Shown piece by piece: positions 37,271 through 50,582 of a stretch of DNA of 64,000 bases. The translations under genes and the position numbers were made by a program. Origin of the DNA: Schmidtea polychroa (lineage: Eukaryota); the NCBI GenBank assembly GCA_044892525.1, contig CM097887.1, positions 105,750,397 to 105,814,396 on the forward strand. The letters run 5' to 3'. Under the pieces are notes generated by a model that worked only from the letters and a program-made list of their open reading frames with translations, ran no database searches and was not told the DNA's origin. Positions within the stretch are counted from its first letter, which is position 1. Each line of letters opens with the position of its first letter.

Positions 37271-39461
37271 TTAATAAATAAGATAAATATCTCTTTCTTC
37301 ATCAAAAACTTAGGTGTGTCATCATTTGAAATCTGTCACACAATATATAACAGTAGTTACCGATTGGACATTTTTCTAGTAGGTCAACCAGGTCAAAAAT
37401 TTCACAACACACGTTATTCTTGAAAAGGAAGAATAAAAACGCGGAAATATTGTAATTAACCAAAAAAATAAAGCTACAGAAACAAAAATTAAAACGTGCA
37501 TATATTAAAAAATTGTACAAAAATTGGATTATTGAATATTGGGTTTTCACAGTTTGATCGGGTACTTGAAAAGAGCAGTGCTGTAAATTCGTGAATATCT
37601 TAAACATCGATATAATTACTGATTTNNNNNNNNNNNNNNNNNNNNNNNNNNNNNNNNNNNNNNNNNNNNNNNNNNNNNNNNNNNNNNNNNNNNNNNNNNN
37701 NNNNNNNNNNNNNNNNNNNNNNNNNNNNNNNNNNNNNNNNNNNNNNNNNNNNNNNNNNNNNNNNNNNNNAAGTTAATTAGCCGTAACTTAGCCCCCCTGA
37801 GAACCCCTGGACTAGATATTCGAATTTTAAAAAATAATTTTTAATTAATTATTTATTTATTATTAATATTATAATTTTTTATTATTATTATTTGTTTTAT
37901 TTTCAGAATTAAACAGACTTTAGAAAATATCATATTTTAGCGTTAAACGATCATTATCCCATTTTGACATGAAATTTATAGTATTTAAGTGATATTATAG
38001 AATTAATAACTTTTTTGCATAAAATTAAAATTTTTTATTGTGTTTTTTTCATTTGATATTTGACTTCATGTTATTTTTATGAAAGTTTATCATTGTGATT
38101 TATGATTTAATCATGTTTAGAATATTAAAATTTTGAAATTAAAAGTTAATTTCAAATTAAATTTTAAAAAGTTCTTTTATTTTTATTATTAATGTAGGAG
38201 ACCCTATGTCATTTTCATGTGAAGTTTAAGGATTTCTCCATCGTGTTTCACTGATAAAATTACATACTTAATTATATTATTCACTGAAGCGTCAAATTGG
38301 ACAATGTGTTGATTATAATCGTAAAAGGGGTAAAAAGTATATTCAATGATGAGAAAAATGTTTTTTTAGGTGGACCTTAAAATTGAAGTCGTACATGTTT
38401 GAGTCTATTATTATTGGTCTAAGTATTATTATTACTGGTGAAATAGTTAATTAGTATTGACAAACGGTGTCATTATTGTTTTCATCAATATTCTTATGCA
38501 AGGTCGACGTAAATTTTTTCGGGTCTAGGTTCGAAATTTGCGATGGATCAAAAACAAAAAAAACATTTAAATATTTTTTTAGTCTTGTTGCAATGTTATT
38601 AATTACTTGTTCAAAATTTACAGGATTTTTTAATTCGCTTTCGATAGACAAAATTGGTAGAGCTGTAAAACTGTTTTATCTTAATTAATTTTAACCCTGA
38701 AAAAATTACGTTCGGCTGAAGCTACAGTGTATTTATAAATTGTAATAAAACTTTAGACCACAGGGCCGGGTTTCGGGGGAACGCATTGAAGCGCTGGTCT
38801 TGTTAGCATGATTAAGGCAAGTTATTGTTTATTGTAGGAATTACTGTGATTATTAAATAATGATATAATACGCATTTTCTGCAAGTTTTAAGATTTTTTT
38901 AAAAACAATTAAAAATTTTCAATTTGTTTAATTGAATAATTTGATTTCTTTAAATGAATTTCTTCTCTTACCGATCAGATTATTGTATTAAAGTGTAAGT
39001 AATACAAGAGCCACAGCGAGGCTCGTTGGGTAGTCATAACGTATGATATTTCCTGCAATAACAGCTCGGATGTGTAATTTGTGATATATATAATTCATTC
39101 AATTAAAATCCAACATATTTAAGAACTTTTCCTTTCCTCAAATAAGGTTCTCTTCTTTTTATTCATTAATTTCTAAGCTCAAGAGTAAGAACCAACCTAG
39201 CCAGCAAACTTATTATCGTTAACATAAGCAAAGGCTGATGAACATTTCAATAATGTATTGCTCTAAACACATTTAACGGTTTGAGCATGTTAAATAAATT
39301 AATAATTTCTATTATTTGAAGATATATTATTTATTCTTTATAGGTAGAAGCAAAAAAAATTATTATGAATTTTCTTAAATTCAATTCATGTTTGTTTTCA
39401 TCTTTTAACCGGTTGGTATAGTACATTTTTTGAATCGCTAGTCAACTAATTATTATCTTAA

Positions 39462-39917
39462 CCCTTTCCGCATTTTTGTCGAATATATTCGACAATACAA
39501 GTACATCGATTTCGGTGGTTATTAGATTACGGTTGATCTGTTTTTCTTCACTTTTTTGTTTGAAACAAGTTTATAGTTTTAAGAAATGCTATCGCTGCAA
39601 ACTTTAATTATTATTTAGTATGAGTTTGATTGAGGTGATGATAACGACGGATAATATATAACATTTTGATTTAATAAATTGCATATTCAAAGTGCTCAGA
39701 CTATTTCCAAAAAATAAAATAATTTTGAGCATAATAATTAAAAAAATTAATTGTTTGGTTGTTTATGGAGAGATATTTTGGTGTGGCCAATATATTCGAC
39801 ATTGACCTACAGTCTCAGGTAAAAAATATTTTCCCCCAATTCAGCTTAGTAAAATTATCTTAAATGCAAAATTTTAGATTTATTGCTCCACTTAAAATAT
39901 TTTTGACACGGAGAGGG
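39462..39917. mobile_element. piggyBac-type MITE, 456 bp
   Basis: TTAA|CCCTTTCCG ... CGGAGAGGG|TTAA. Confidence 0.7.
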
Positions 39918-41232
39918 TTAAGTCAATTCCGAAGATCTTTTATACTTAGGCCAATGTCTGCTTTAGATGGATGACTCGCAATTGGAATATCACATCTTAA
40001 ATTGTGGTGTAAATGATTATAATGTTGGGTACAAACCTCTTAAATGCCGGAAAAGTTTAAGCGACCCAAAAACCCGAAAGATTTAAATAAAACTAAAATT
40101 GAGAATCGAGAAATCTATGAAAAATGGTAGGAAATAAATTGAGAAAAATTAATTTATGGTTTAGAAATAAATAATTAAAAATTAAATTGAAATTTCAAAA
40201 TTATTTATATTAAAATCACTAATAGAAAATTCGGGAATCAAAAATATTGTTTCTATTGTATAAAATAACTAATAAAACTTTCGCTGTACAAATAAACTAG
40301 TTTTTGCAAAACATTAAAAAATGATTTGAGGGGATCAAGTTTAACAGAAATTTGAAATGCTTCGTGATATCAAAAAACGTAAATTGAAATTATAAAATAT
40401 GTTAAAATGGTTTAGGTTATTTTTTATTTCGTTTCCAATAAATTTTGGTGTTTCTGCGCTTTTGATCTTTGTATAAATTGAATACGACGCGCGTGCACAA
40501 TAACCTATGCACGCACACTGTAAAATTTTGGTTTACATAATGGGCCTTAATTTAATTTTATTTGAAAATTTTAAAGTTGAAGATACATTTTTAATTCACA
40601 AGTTAAGTTAAATGTATGCATAATAAATTTTTGAAGATATTTTAACTTGTCAACCTGACCACATATAATTATTTTTATATAGTTTGTAGGGCTTTTTTTA
40701 ATAGTAGTTTTATTTTAAATAATTCATAAAAAATACTTTATTCGAAAGTTAAAAGTTAATTTAAAATATATTCTAGTTGTCGGGTGAATTTAATTTGGTG
40801 CAAAAAATTATTATTTCGTATATTATATTTAAAATTTTTTATTAAATGATTGTGAAAATAATTCAGAAATAAGTTTTGAAGATATATTTTTATAGTCCGC
40901 TTAAAGAAAACCTGAAAGCATCCATAACTCATATTTATTTTATTTATGGCCTTTTATAGAGTAATTTATAGCTACATAATTCTTGTAAAAATTTGGAAAT
41001 TTTTAGTTTAATCAAATTTTTAAATATAGTAAAATAAATTTAGAAAACTTATTTTTACATAAAAAACATTATTTAAATAAAATTGATAATTAAATCATAA
41101 ATTAAATCGACTTTTGACCTTCAGCCAACTAATTTGTTTTATCGTTTCAATTTTCAAGGAGAGCCATTATTAATTTACTTTGCGAAATTATTCAAACATA
41201 TTTTTACATTTATAAATTTTATTGTCATTAAA

Positions 41233-41240
41233 ATGCTAAG
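41233..41240 (+). CDS. SNAP25: Putative first coding exon of SNAP-25 (ATG CTA AG|gttaga)
   Basis: Provides the phase-2 end needed by exon 41462, giving MLSGKH...; chosen by inspection only. Confidence 0.45.
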
Positions 41241-41461
41241 GTTAGAATTTTTTCATATTTAATTTTTTTAATCTTTCTTTATCGCGATGAATTTCCTTTG
41301 AATGATAAATCTTTGTTTAATTATTTTTCTCAATCGTAGAATATTTGAATTTATATAATATTTTTGGTATTTTTGACTAAATGTATACAAAATTTATGAA
41401 TTAGAAATATTTGAAAATTAATTTTCAAGTTATATTAATAATGACTTGTCAATTATTCTAG

Positions 41462-41558
41462 CGGGAAACACAGTTCGAATAATGGTCCCGACATTAATAA
41501 TGAACCGCCAACAGAGATGCAATTAATTCAAATGAAAATCAACACTACGACAGATGAG
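41462..41558 (+). CDS. SNAP25: SNAP-25 exon (..GKHSSNNGPDINNEPPTEMQLIQMKINTTTDE)
   Basis: TTCTAG acceptor, GTGCAG donor. It ends ...MKINTTTDE, resembling the invertebrate SNAP-25 segment just before SLESTRRML. Confidence 0.85.
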
Positions 41559-41970
41559 GTGCAGATTTTGTAATTTCGATGAAAGTTTTATTATAAATAT
41601 AAATTAAAATCAATCTAATGTTCCATTATAAATGAAGTCAATATAATATTTTTATCTATTAAATAATTATTTTGTGTCTTAAAATCTTTACAATCTATTT
41701 ATAATTTTGCTATTTCAGAGTTAGGACATTAGTTTTTTAATATTATATCATTATAATTAAGATTACTTAATAAAATTTAATTCAGATATAATTCTAAGTT
41801 TTTTCAATTGTCCAGAAGCCCAAACCGCGAAACACCTAGGACATAAACTCTTTTTATTTTATAATATTTAAAATTAATGTTAACCTGTTATACAATAATA
41901 TTTTACCGTTAAATTCTTTTATTCAATCCATTTGAATATTTTGGTGTATTGACATTTTTATTATGAATAT

Positions 41971-42311
41971 TAGGGGAATAACCGAATTGTTTTTTCTGTC
42001 GATTCCGAATTTATAAATTCTGATGTTTCAAATTTTGGATACGGTCTGAATAGTTGGTATTGGAGACAATTTACTTCCTTATTTGTTTCTAATTTTTTGA
42101 AAATCACTTTGAAGATAATCAATAATAAATATCATGCCCAGAATAATTATTTGAAGCTGGTGTACAATCCGAATATACCATTCAATGCTTAATTTAAATA
42201 GCTAAAAATAAGGCTCCCGGACAATTCTTCCAATTTTGACTACTCGGATCGGTAGTCCACGGCGGCGTCGATTTTGAATAGCTATTTGAGGTGCGGACTT
42301 CGGTTATCCTA
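41971..42311. mobile_element. Degenerate hAT-type MITE
   Basis: Ends TAGGGGAATAACCGAA and (reverse complement) TAGGATAACCGAA; TSD ATGAATAT/ATAAATAT (7/8). Confidence 0.5.
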
Positions 42312-43216
42312 ATAAATATACAAAGAATACAAAGTTTACCTGGATTAGGCTTTAACTCAACTTTTGCAAAATTAGACTTACGCCACTTTCATTTATAAAA
42401 ACTCATATATCATTGGAAAAAAATCGAATAATACAGAAATGATTGTTTCAATAAAAAATAGAAGATTTAATAATGTTTTTATCGATTTAAAAATTAAAAC
42501 TATTTTTGTGCGTCTGGCATCCAAAAATGACCTTTTGTTGTTATTAGTGAATCAAATTCAAATATTATACATATAAAATACAAAATCCCGCCTTCTCTCT
42601 GTCCCCTTGTATAGATATTTCTGAAATATAAATTTGTTATATAAATATCTTTAAATCGTATTTATTAAAACGCTTGACTATGAATCAGTAAATATATCAA
42701 AGACATCGATATATTTACTGGAAAAGAAATCAGTGGTAAAATTTGAAAAAAAGTTCTTATATCACTAAATTATCTTTTTACTACATTGGAATTGTTTTCT
42801 TTGATATAATTATAACCATAAATGCATATTTTATGAAGAAAATAAGTGTGTAAATATATTTTGTTTATTTCTGTCAATGATTTTCATGTCGAAATTCATC
42901 TTAGGGCGAACGTTCCTTCGAATTATTAGCCATAGCTCGTCATCATGAAATATACAATCCTATCAATCAAAATATTACCGTATATTAAAATATAGGACTA
43001 AATCTACATTTATCCTCTAGAAAATTTTCATAACTATCCAAACCCAAAATTCTGAGATTAATTTTTTGCTAACCACGTTTGGGCTTATTTTTAGAGAAAA
43101 GGCATTTATATTTTATTTTCAATACCGAGTTTTGATTTTAACTGAAATTAATTAAAAAAATATATCGATGGGATGATAAATTTTATTAATATCAAAAAGC
43201 ACATTTATAGCTAATA

Positions 43217-43653
43217 TAGGGTGACCATTTGTCTCGGATCCTGAGGAACAATGTCGGATTCTAACTCCATGTTTTGCACGAATATATGTCCCGGAAAATG
43301 TCCCAAAATTAGAGATTCGTATATTATCAAATTAAATTTAGTGTATGTTATTTTTTCACATACAGATCGAATTATTTTCAGAGCTTTGTATTGACAACAT
43401 TGTAAACAAACATTATTATAAACATTTCAGCGAAAATCATATTCCTTGTAGTAATTTAATAAAAATTATAGAATAATTATAGAAAAATTATAGGAAATTT
43501 TATAACCAATTAAATTACTTAGATGTTATTATTAAAAAAACTTTTGTTGTATTAGTATTTATTTCATTAAGAATAATTTTAAAACTAATTTTATAAAAAT
43601 ACTCCCCAATACAAATGACCCGGATTGTACTCCAGGCAAAAATGGTCGCCATA
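43217..43653. mobile_element. hAT-type MITE, 437 bp
   Basis: TIR TAGGGTGACCATTT / (reverse complement) TATGGCGACCATTT; TSD AGCTAATA/GGCTAATA (7/8). Confidence 0.75.
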
Positions 43654-46605
43654 GGCTAATATCAATCAGTATTTTTTCATTCAAAATGCAACACATCATT
43701 TAATTAAATTATTCTAAAGAAAATAAAGTAATTTTCAATTAAAATATTTAATTCCCATTTATAAGTATGAAAACAGATTAGAAAAATGTGTTATATTGAT
43801 AGAATTAAAAGATTACAGCAATATATTCCTTGGTAGAATTAATTTAATATCTTTAAATATTAATTAATGCATTATTGGTTTGATAAATGTTTCATTTTGT
43901 ATTTTATTTAAATTTTTTTTGAATTAAGTTTTATGAAATTGTTTCCTTGCTTTATTTTTACTCATTAACTGGATTTTATTCGATTTCGGAAGGTGTGAAA
44001 TCTCTAATCTTACAAAGAAAACATTTTTGTGTAATTTTCCCCCAATTTTTTCATTCCCTTTTCCATTCTAAACCTTTTTACTTATAGTCAGACATTTACA
44101 ACAATCATTAGATTTATATGATTTCATATGATATTTTATATGTGCTACATTATAGATATAAACGAGTAGAAATAGATAAATATATAGTGACAATAAGAAG
44201 TAGATAGGGAAAGAAAGTGTTAGAATAAAAACAAATATTTAACAACCGAATGTGGTATTGTGATTTACTTTTTTAAATCTTTAGATTATTCCAAAATATA
44301 AATATATGATTAAATACTTTTACTTTTGATAGTTGATATTTTTTTGATTTGTAATTTATGATAAATAAATTCATTATTTTCAGTGTTCAAAGGTTTTATC
44401 GGTAACACCATTTATTTCTTTTTCATTCTCGATCTGCTTTCATTTACGATTGCATCTATTTTTATTTAGTTTTCGACAATAGATTTTCTGTTTACCACAA
44501 ACATTCAGAACATTTTTTTTCAAGTATTATTTGAATTGATTTATAGTCGAAAATCTAATAATGGAGATAAATAACATCGTTAATACAAAGGTTTTTTTCT
44601 AACCAGCTGGCTCTTAATCTTTTAAATTCCTTGACCACTTTGATTACATCCAATCGCCAGGAAAGAATTACTGATCCAAATAATAACATTAATTTATCAA
44701 ACATGACAAGTTGTCTAATAGAAAATAGGTAAGTTTGTTCCCATTTCCAATCTGTTAAAGAAAAAAAATGTTTTACATTTTTAAAGGATTAGTTATAGTA
44801 ATTTTAATTGATATATTATTTAGTCACAATTTAGAATATGTGATCATTATCTGACATCCTTTATAATCTTTCTAAAATCCCATCATGTTGTCTTCTGGTC
44901 ACTTTAGTCATTTCTCGATGTCAGATTTTGCCTTATTCTGACACTGACTGTTTTTTTAAATATATTAAAATAATAAATTAAATAATAAAATGTAATTTCT
45001 GTTCCGCTGTTATTTCCAGTGTGGAGAAACCATTATTTTCAAATTTATATACCAAATTCAATGTAATATAAGCAGAATAATGTTTGCTCTTACTTACACA
45101 CACTTACTAAAGCATACAGTCAAAATCATGAGACAAAAGCAAAATCATCCGGTTCTATTGAAAAACATGATTGTGAAAAATGAGCACGCAATTTAAAGTT
45201 AATTATGCATTAAGTGTATTTTCTATCCAACCACAAGAAATGTCACGTGAATATTATGTACAAATTATCTGCTTATTGCATAATCAATTTGGAAATGGTG
45301 TATTCAAAACTATCTACCTCATCTTTGCTTTATAAGTCTTGAATTATTCGATGCTATGGTAGTCTTTGATTAATGAAGAAAGATTGAATCTTTTTGGAGT
45401 GACTGAGTAACTTTTTTTATAAGAAATTGTATTTTCAATTGATATTATTTTGTTAAATGAAGTGCAATACCGTAATCATGACAGTTTGCCGATTTTGCAT
45501 GTTGTGATGATAGAGAATTGATTTTGCTTGCGTTTGGTATTGCATAGTATGCAAAGTTGATATTATCGTCTACAATCTAAGAAATTGAGATCATAAGACT
45601 GTCAATACTAATTCAAAATTAATTAATTTATTAATTTCTTTAAGCATTAAAGTCGCGTATATAGTCTATAGTTTAAAAGACGATGAACATTGTTCTCGAA
45701 GTTGTTTCGAAAGCTATTGTGAAAGAAATAATAAAGCAGCTTATTGATAATATTGAAACAGTTTAAGTCATTTAAAAAGGATTGTTCAAGTAAAGAATTG
45801 GAATAAATAGATAAACACAACATAAGACTTGAAATTTGTTACCATATGCTCCCACACATCAATGACGTCTAATTTATTATTATTTATTTAGATACAAAGT
45901 AGAATGAGTGCTACACCAAATACCACTGAGATATGTTTCCTATAATATAAGAAAAAAATCAATCACAAACACAACACATACTAAAAACACATGCAAACTT
46001 TCGATATATAGAGATGCGCCTTTGAGATACGTTTCTATAATACTTTAGTTTAGAAAATTTTCAGAAAAAAATGATCGCTGAAAATGTTTTTAAATTTAAT
46101 GTTAAAGAAACTACGTTAAATTGTCGTGAAAATGACGAAATATCATCATAAGAATTATTTTTGAGTTAAAATTAAGTTAAATATTCGTTAGAATTTCTGA
46201 TATTTGTTTTAGAAATATTTTAGAAAAATATATTTTGGGCGATTGATTTAATTATTTAATTATAATAAAAAATATATCTAACTTACATTAGATCAAAATA
46301 ATTCCAAAATAATTATAAAATAAATTTCAAAAAAATTCCTAAAAACCTGAAAATTAATTAAAAATAATTTATAATACAAATGTTGACTAAAAGTAATATT
46401 TAATAACTTGAATAATAATCTCATATCTATATCAAAAATTTTCTTAAAATGAAATATCTTACCTGAAAGCCATTTCTAAAATGGCTAAAATAAATTTCCA
46501 GAAAAATGAAATTTATTAAATTGGTGAGCTAATTTTATGAGACCAATTGATGTACACACTAACCACCACTATAGAAAATGTATGTCAGTGGTGTTTGGTG
46601 TAGAC

Positions 46606-46924
46606 CAGTGCTTCTTAAACTTTTTTCATTCGCGACCCCATTAATGATTATAAACCTTTTTTGCGACCCCTTATAATTTAAAATAAAGATATATAAATTT
46701 TTTGTGAAGATTTATTAATTAAGTAATAATATAAATACATATGACAAAATTGACGTTTCAGAGTTGGTCACTACGGACAAATTTCCATTTGCCTAATGAG
46801 TAGGGAAACATACGGCAATTATGCAATTTTATGTATTTGAATATTTTATATAAAAATTTCGCGACCCCAATATTTCGCTAGGCGACCCCAAATGGGGTCG
46901 CGACCCATAGTTTAAGAAGCCCTG
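46606..46924. mobile_element. hAT (Charlie-like) MITE, 319 bp
   Basis: TIR CAGTGCTTCTTAAACT / (reverse complement) CAGGGCTTCTTAAACT; exact TSD GTGTAGAC; GCGACCCC subterminal repeats. Confidence 0.9.
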
Positions 46925-48091
46925 GTGTAGACGATAATCATAAATGAGCACAAAGACTTAATACCCATATTTCATCTGAAAGGTTCTTGAAACCACTTAG
47001 ACATCCATAAACGACTAAACAAACTTATTGAAGGTCAATAATAAGTGTAATATATTACAATTTTCTGAAAACCGCTAAAACCATAAATTTGAGAAGCATA
47101 CTGTCATACAATTGAAACATAACATCGAAAGTTTATAGAAAAGTAGCATGCATTAGTCAATTGAATATAACCCTTTTATCTTCACGACCTCGCCATACTT
47201 AATATTTCTTTTAATTACACATCAGAAATTAAATGAATTCAATTTCTCATTCACATTATTTGCCAAATCTATTTCTTGGCAAATTATTGTTTTATCAAGC
47301 ATTTAGGTAATTTTCTCGACTACAAGAAATTTTATAATCAAGTATCTGTCAAAACTGTCTTCAACAAATTCCTTGACTCCATAAAAATTTTTTTTTAATA
47401 TGTTAGTAACTCGATTGTAACTATCTTTTACAATAGTTCATATTTTGATTAATACAATTTTTTAATCTAATTCATTTGCAATGCTTCAAAGTGATATCAC
47501 AAAACGTTTATTTCATTTTGAATAACTCTATACAAATTTATCATTAATTATAATTTATTCTTTTATTTTTAATAGTTTATAAATTTGTTTATTAAATATT
47601 TTAATTATAACATACAAATTCGTTAGTAATTTAGTGAAAATTTCGTGATTTTCAAACATTACATAAACATTTACATAGGATAATTTATAAGAATAATGTG
47701 AATACTCAATTAACCGCGTTTTTGATTATGCTTCTAAATATTTTATTTTTAATCTATCAAAAAAATTTTAACTTATTAAATTAATTTGAAAACTAAATAT
47801 AATTATCAATTTACATTTTCTTCATTTCAGACAATTGATCAATATTTTTTATTTATTTAACACAAATTTTCGGCACATTTTTGTCGTTCGATAATTTTAA
47901 GTAAATTTTAAGTAATTTTAAGTAATAATTTTAAATAAAAATATTGATTAAGAGTTTGAATTAAACATATTAGAAATCGATATTGATTCCATTTGGTCAA
48001 TAGTGAAGGAATTAAAAGGTTTTACTGATGAATATAAATCTAATTTTTCATTTAATATTAATAATAATTAATTATTTTTCTATTGTTCTAG

Positions 48092-48133
48092 TCTCTCGAA
48101 AGCACCCGACGAATGCTGAATCTATGTGAAGAG
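48092..48133 (+). CDS. SNAP25: SNAP-25 42-nt exon (SLESTRRMLNLCEE)
   Basis: TTCTAG acceptor, GTAAAT donor. SLESTRRML..CEE is the signature start of the SNAP-25 N-terminal SNARE helix and matches the conserved 42-nt exon. No downstream exons were found in the readable sequence. Confidence 0.92.
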
Positions 48134-48953
48134 GTAAATTCAATTATGATATCGTTTGTTCACTTAATCCACTTAATCATTTGATAAAGTTTTCCATAAT
48201 TATTCCTGTCGACAACATTGGAGAAATGTTTTATGGGAAAAATAATTTATATAAGAAAAAAAACTGACTGTCACAATAATCTAAGTCACTATCGAAACCG
48301 ATTTTTTGTGTTAAGATTAGAAACGAAATTAATTCCAACATGAGTTCTTCAGCTTTGACTGCTATATTAGAAATCTCATTTATAATTCACGAGAAATAAT
48401 TTCGTTCTAATTCTCATATAGACTAAATTATTTTGTTTAAATCACACATTTTTAATGGAAGGTTTTATGCTAATTTCTCTCATTTATCATTTTTGTTGTT
48501 GATTAACTGTCATAGNNNNNNNNNNNNNNNNNNNNNNNNNNNNNNNNNNNNNNNNNNNNNNNNNNNNNNNNNNNNNNNNNNNNNNNNNNNNNNNNNNNNN
48601 NNNNNNNNNNNNNNNNNNNNNNNNNNNNNNNNNNNNNNNNNNNNNNNNNNNNNTTTAACTTTTAAAAATTTGAAAATTTAATAATTTTTTTTTAATTTTA
48701 CATTTAAATTCTTGAAAATTTTTTTTTCATTTATTTCCACTAATTAGAAAGCAGGAAATGAATTTAACAACAAAGATCACCAAAGCAATTGAAAATTGTA
48801 ACAACTAAATTCCACCGTCTATACACAGTTTACAAGAGCATCCGTAAACCTTTAGCATTTTTAACTTGTAATGTTGTAAAATATTTTTTACGGATGTCTA
48901 ACATTAAAATAAAATAAACATTACAAGCTTTGTGATACCCAGTACAAATCCCA

Positions 48954-48995
48954 ATAGTAGACTAGTTTTGAGCTTTTGGCTCTCATCAGTACTAT
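48954..48995 (-). ncRNA. Minimal type I hammerhead ribozyme motif (Penelope-associated type) with G12A change
   Basis: The minus strand reads ATAGTA CTGATGA GAGC-CAAAA-GCTC AAAA CTAG TC TACTAT: a 6-bp stem I, the CUGAUGA core, a 4-bp stem II, a palindromic mini stem III and a GUC cleavage triplet. The GAAA box reads AAAA. Confidence 0.72.
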
Positions 48996-50059
48996 GCATG
49001 AGACGCGAAGATTTCCCTTCGAGCCAGGTAAGTATACAATATTGCTGATTCAACTATAANNNNNNNNNNNNNNNNNNNNNNNNNNNNNNNNNNNNNNNNN
49101 NNNNNNNNNNNNNNNNNNNNNNNNNNNNNNNNNNNNNNNNNNNNNNNNNNNNNNNNNNNNNNNNNNNNNNNNNNNNNNNNNNNNNNNNNNNNAAATTATT
49201 TTGCTGCAAAATCTTTATTGAATAAAATGAATTCATTTTATTCAGCATATACTTCGCATCAATAGGCTTATATTATTATTTACTTGTTTAACATTTAATT
49301 AATGATGTTGCCAAGAAATCATCATTTTATTATTTAAAAGACGGTAAAGTTTTAATAATTGAAATATTGCTATATTTCGACCACTTAATAGGGTTCTTCG
49401 GGATATGAATCGTATTAAAAATAACTAAATGAAAATAAGAATATCAAACAAATAATCAATAATAATCCTTTTTTTTGAATAAAAACTTATTAAATCATAA
49501 AAATTATTATTCTTTTTATAAAAACGGACAAAAGTATTATCATTCTCATAAAGTTTTTTTAAATTAATACAAAACAATCAAGTTCAATTTAAATTTAAAA
49601 TTTAAAAAATGTTTTCCTACAAAAGAATTTAACAAATGTTGGAATGTTCGATGGTATATGTTTATTGGTTTGTATTTATATTCGAGTATTTATTTATAAA
49701 TGTGTGTGTGTGTGTTAGAGAGAATTGATGAGCCCAGCCGAGTCACCAGTAAAGAAACTGTCTTGGGACAGCTGGGGTGAATGTATGTATTGAAATAATG
49801 ATAAAAATTAATAATAATAACTAGGCTAATAAAATATAAACAGTTAACGATATTTTACAAATTTATTAACGGCAAAAGTAACGATAAGAACCTTATTTAT
49901 CTCAGGTTTGTTTACTATGTCTGTCAGCCGGCGTTATCTTTCAAGTTTTATCAGGACTTGGCTACCAATACTCTTAGCCTTAGGTGTCGAAACTTTGTCG
50001 AAACTTTGAAAAGTCGGGGAGAATTTCCAGATAATAAAATCGACGAATGAAGGATCTTG

Positions 50060-50305
50060 GACTTATTAAATTGTCTGAGGTTGATTCACCGGATAGCGAA
50101 CCTTCAACTTATTAGATTTGGGGGATTATTTCACCGAATTGGAAACATTCGACTTATTAAATTGTTTGAGGTTGATTCACCAAATGGAGAGCCTTCGACT
50201 TATTAAATTTTTTGAGATGAATTTACCAAATTGAGAACATTCGGCTTAATAAATTGTTTGGGATTGATTCACAAGATAGAGAATTTTCGGCTTATTAAAT
50301 TGAAC
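50060..50305 (+). repeat. Degenerate 45-46 bp minisatellite, about 5.5 copies
   Basis: RRCTTATTAAATTGT...TTCACC...TTC recurs at ~50060, 50106, 50151, 50197, 50243 and 50289. Confidence 0.8.
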
Positions 50306-50582
50306 TTAGAATAGAATTTTAGAATTAGATTAGAACTTTTAGCTTATATTAATTCAACTAATTGTTTATTAATTTTTTCTGTTTTGAATTTTTTCGATTT
50401 TTCTATAGCGATAATTTACCATAGTAAATTATCGCTATATAGTTTTTTATTCAAATTTTCGAACACTGCTTAACCCAAGCGAAACGACAAGGCATCACGT
50501 AACCTTGTTTAAAAATAATATAATTATACATTACAACAAACATTAATTTCAATAATAAATATACAAGTTAAATTATTTAAAT

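Noticed and set aside
36367-48092. Possible fusion of the coiled-coil gene with SNAP-25 (phases are compatible)
   Set aside because: SNAP-25 has its own plausible ATG exon at 41233, and a candidate terminal exon for the upstream gene exists near 37907. Phase compatibility alone is not evidence.
49725-49780. TGATGAG...GAAAC resembling a second hammerhead
   Set aside because: C3 is missing and no stem II or stem I pairing forms around the core.
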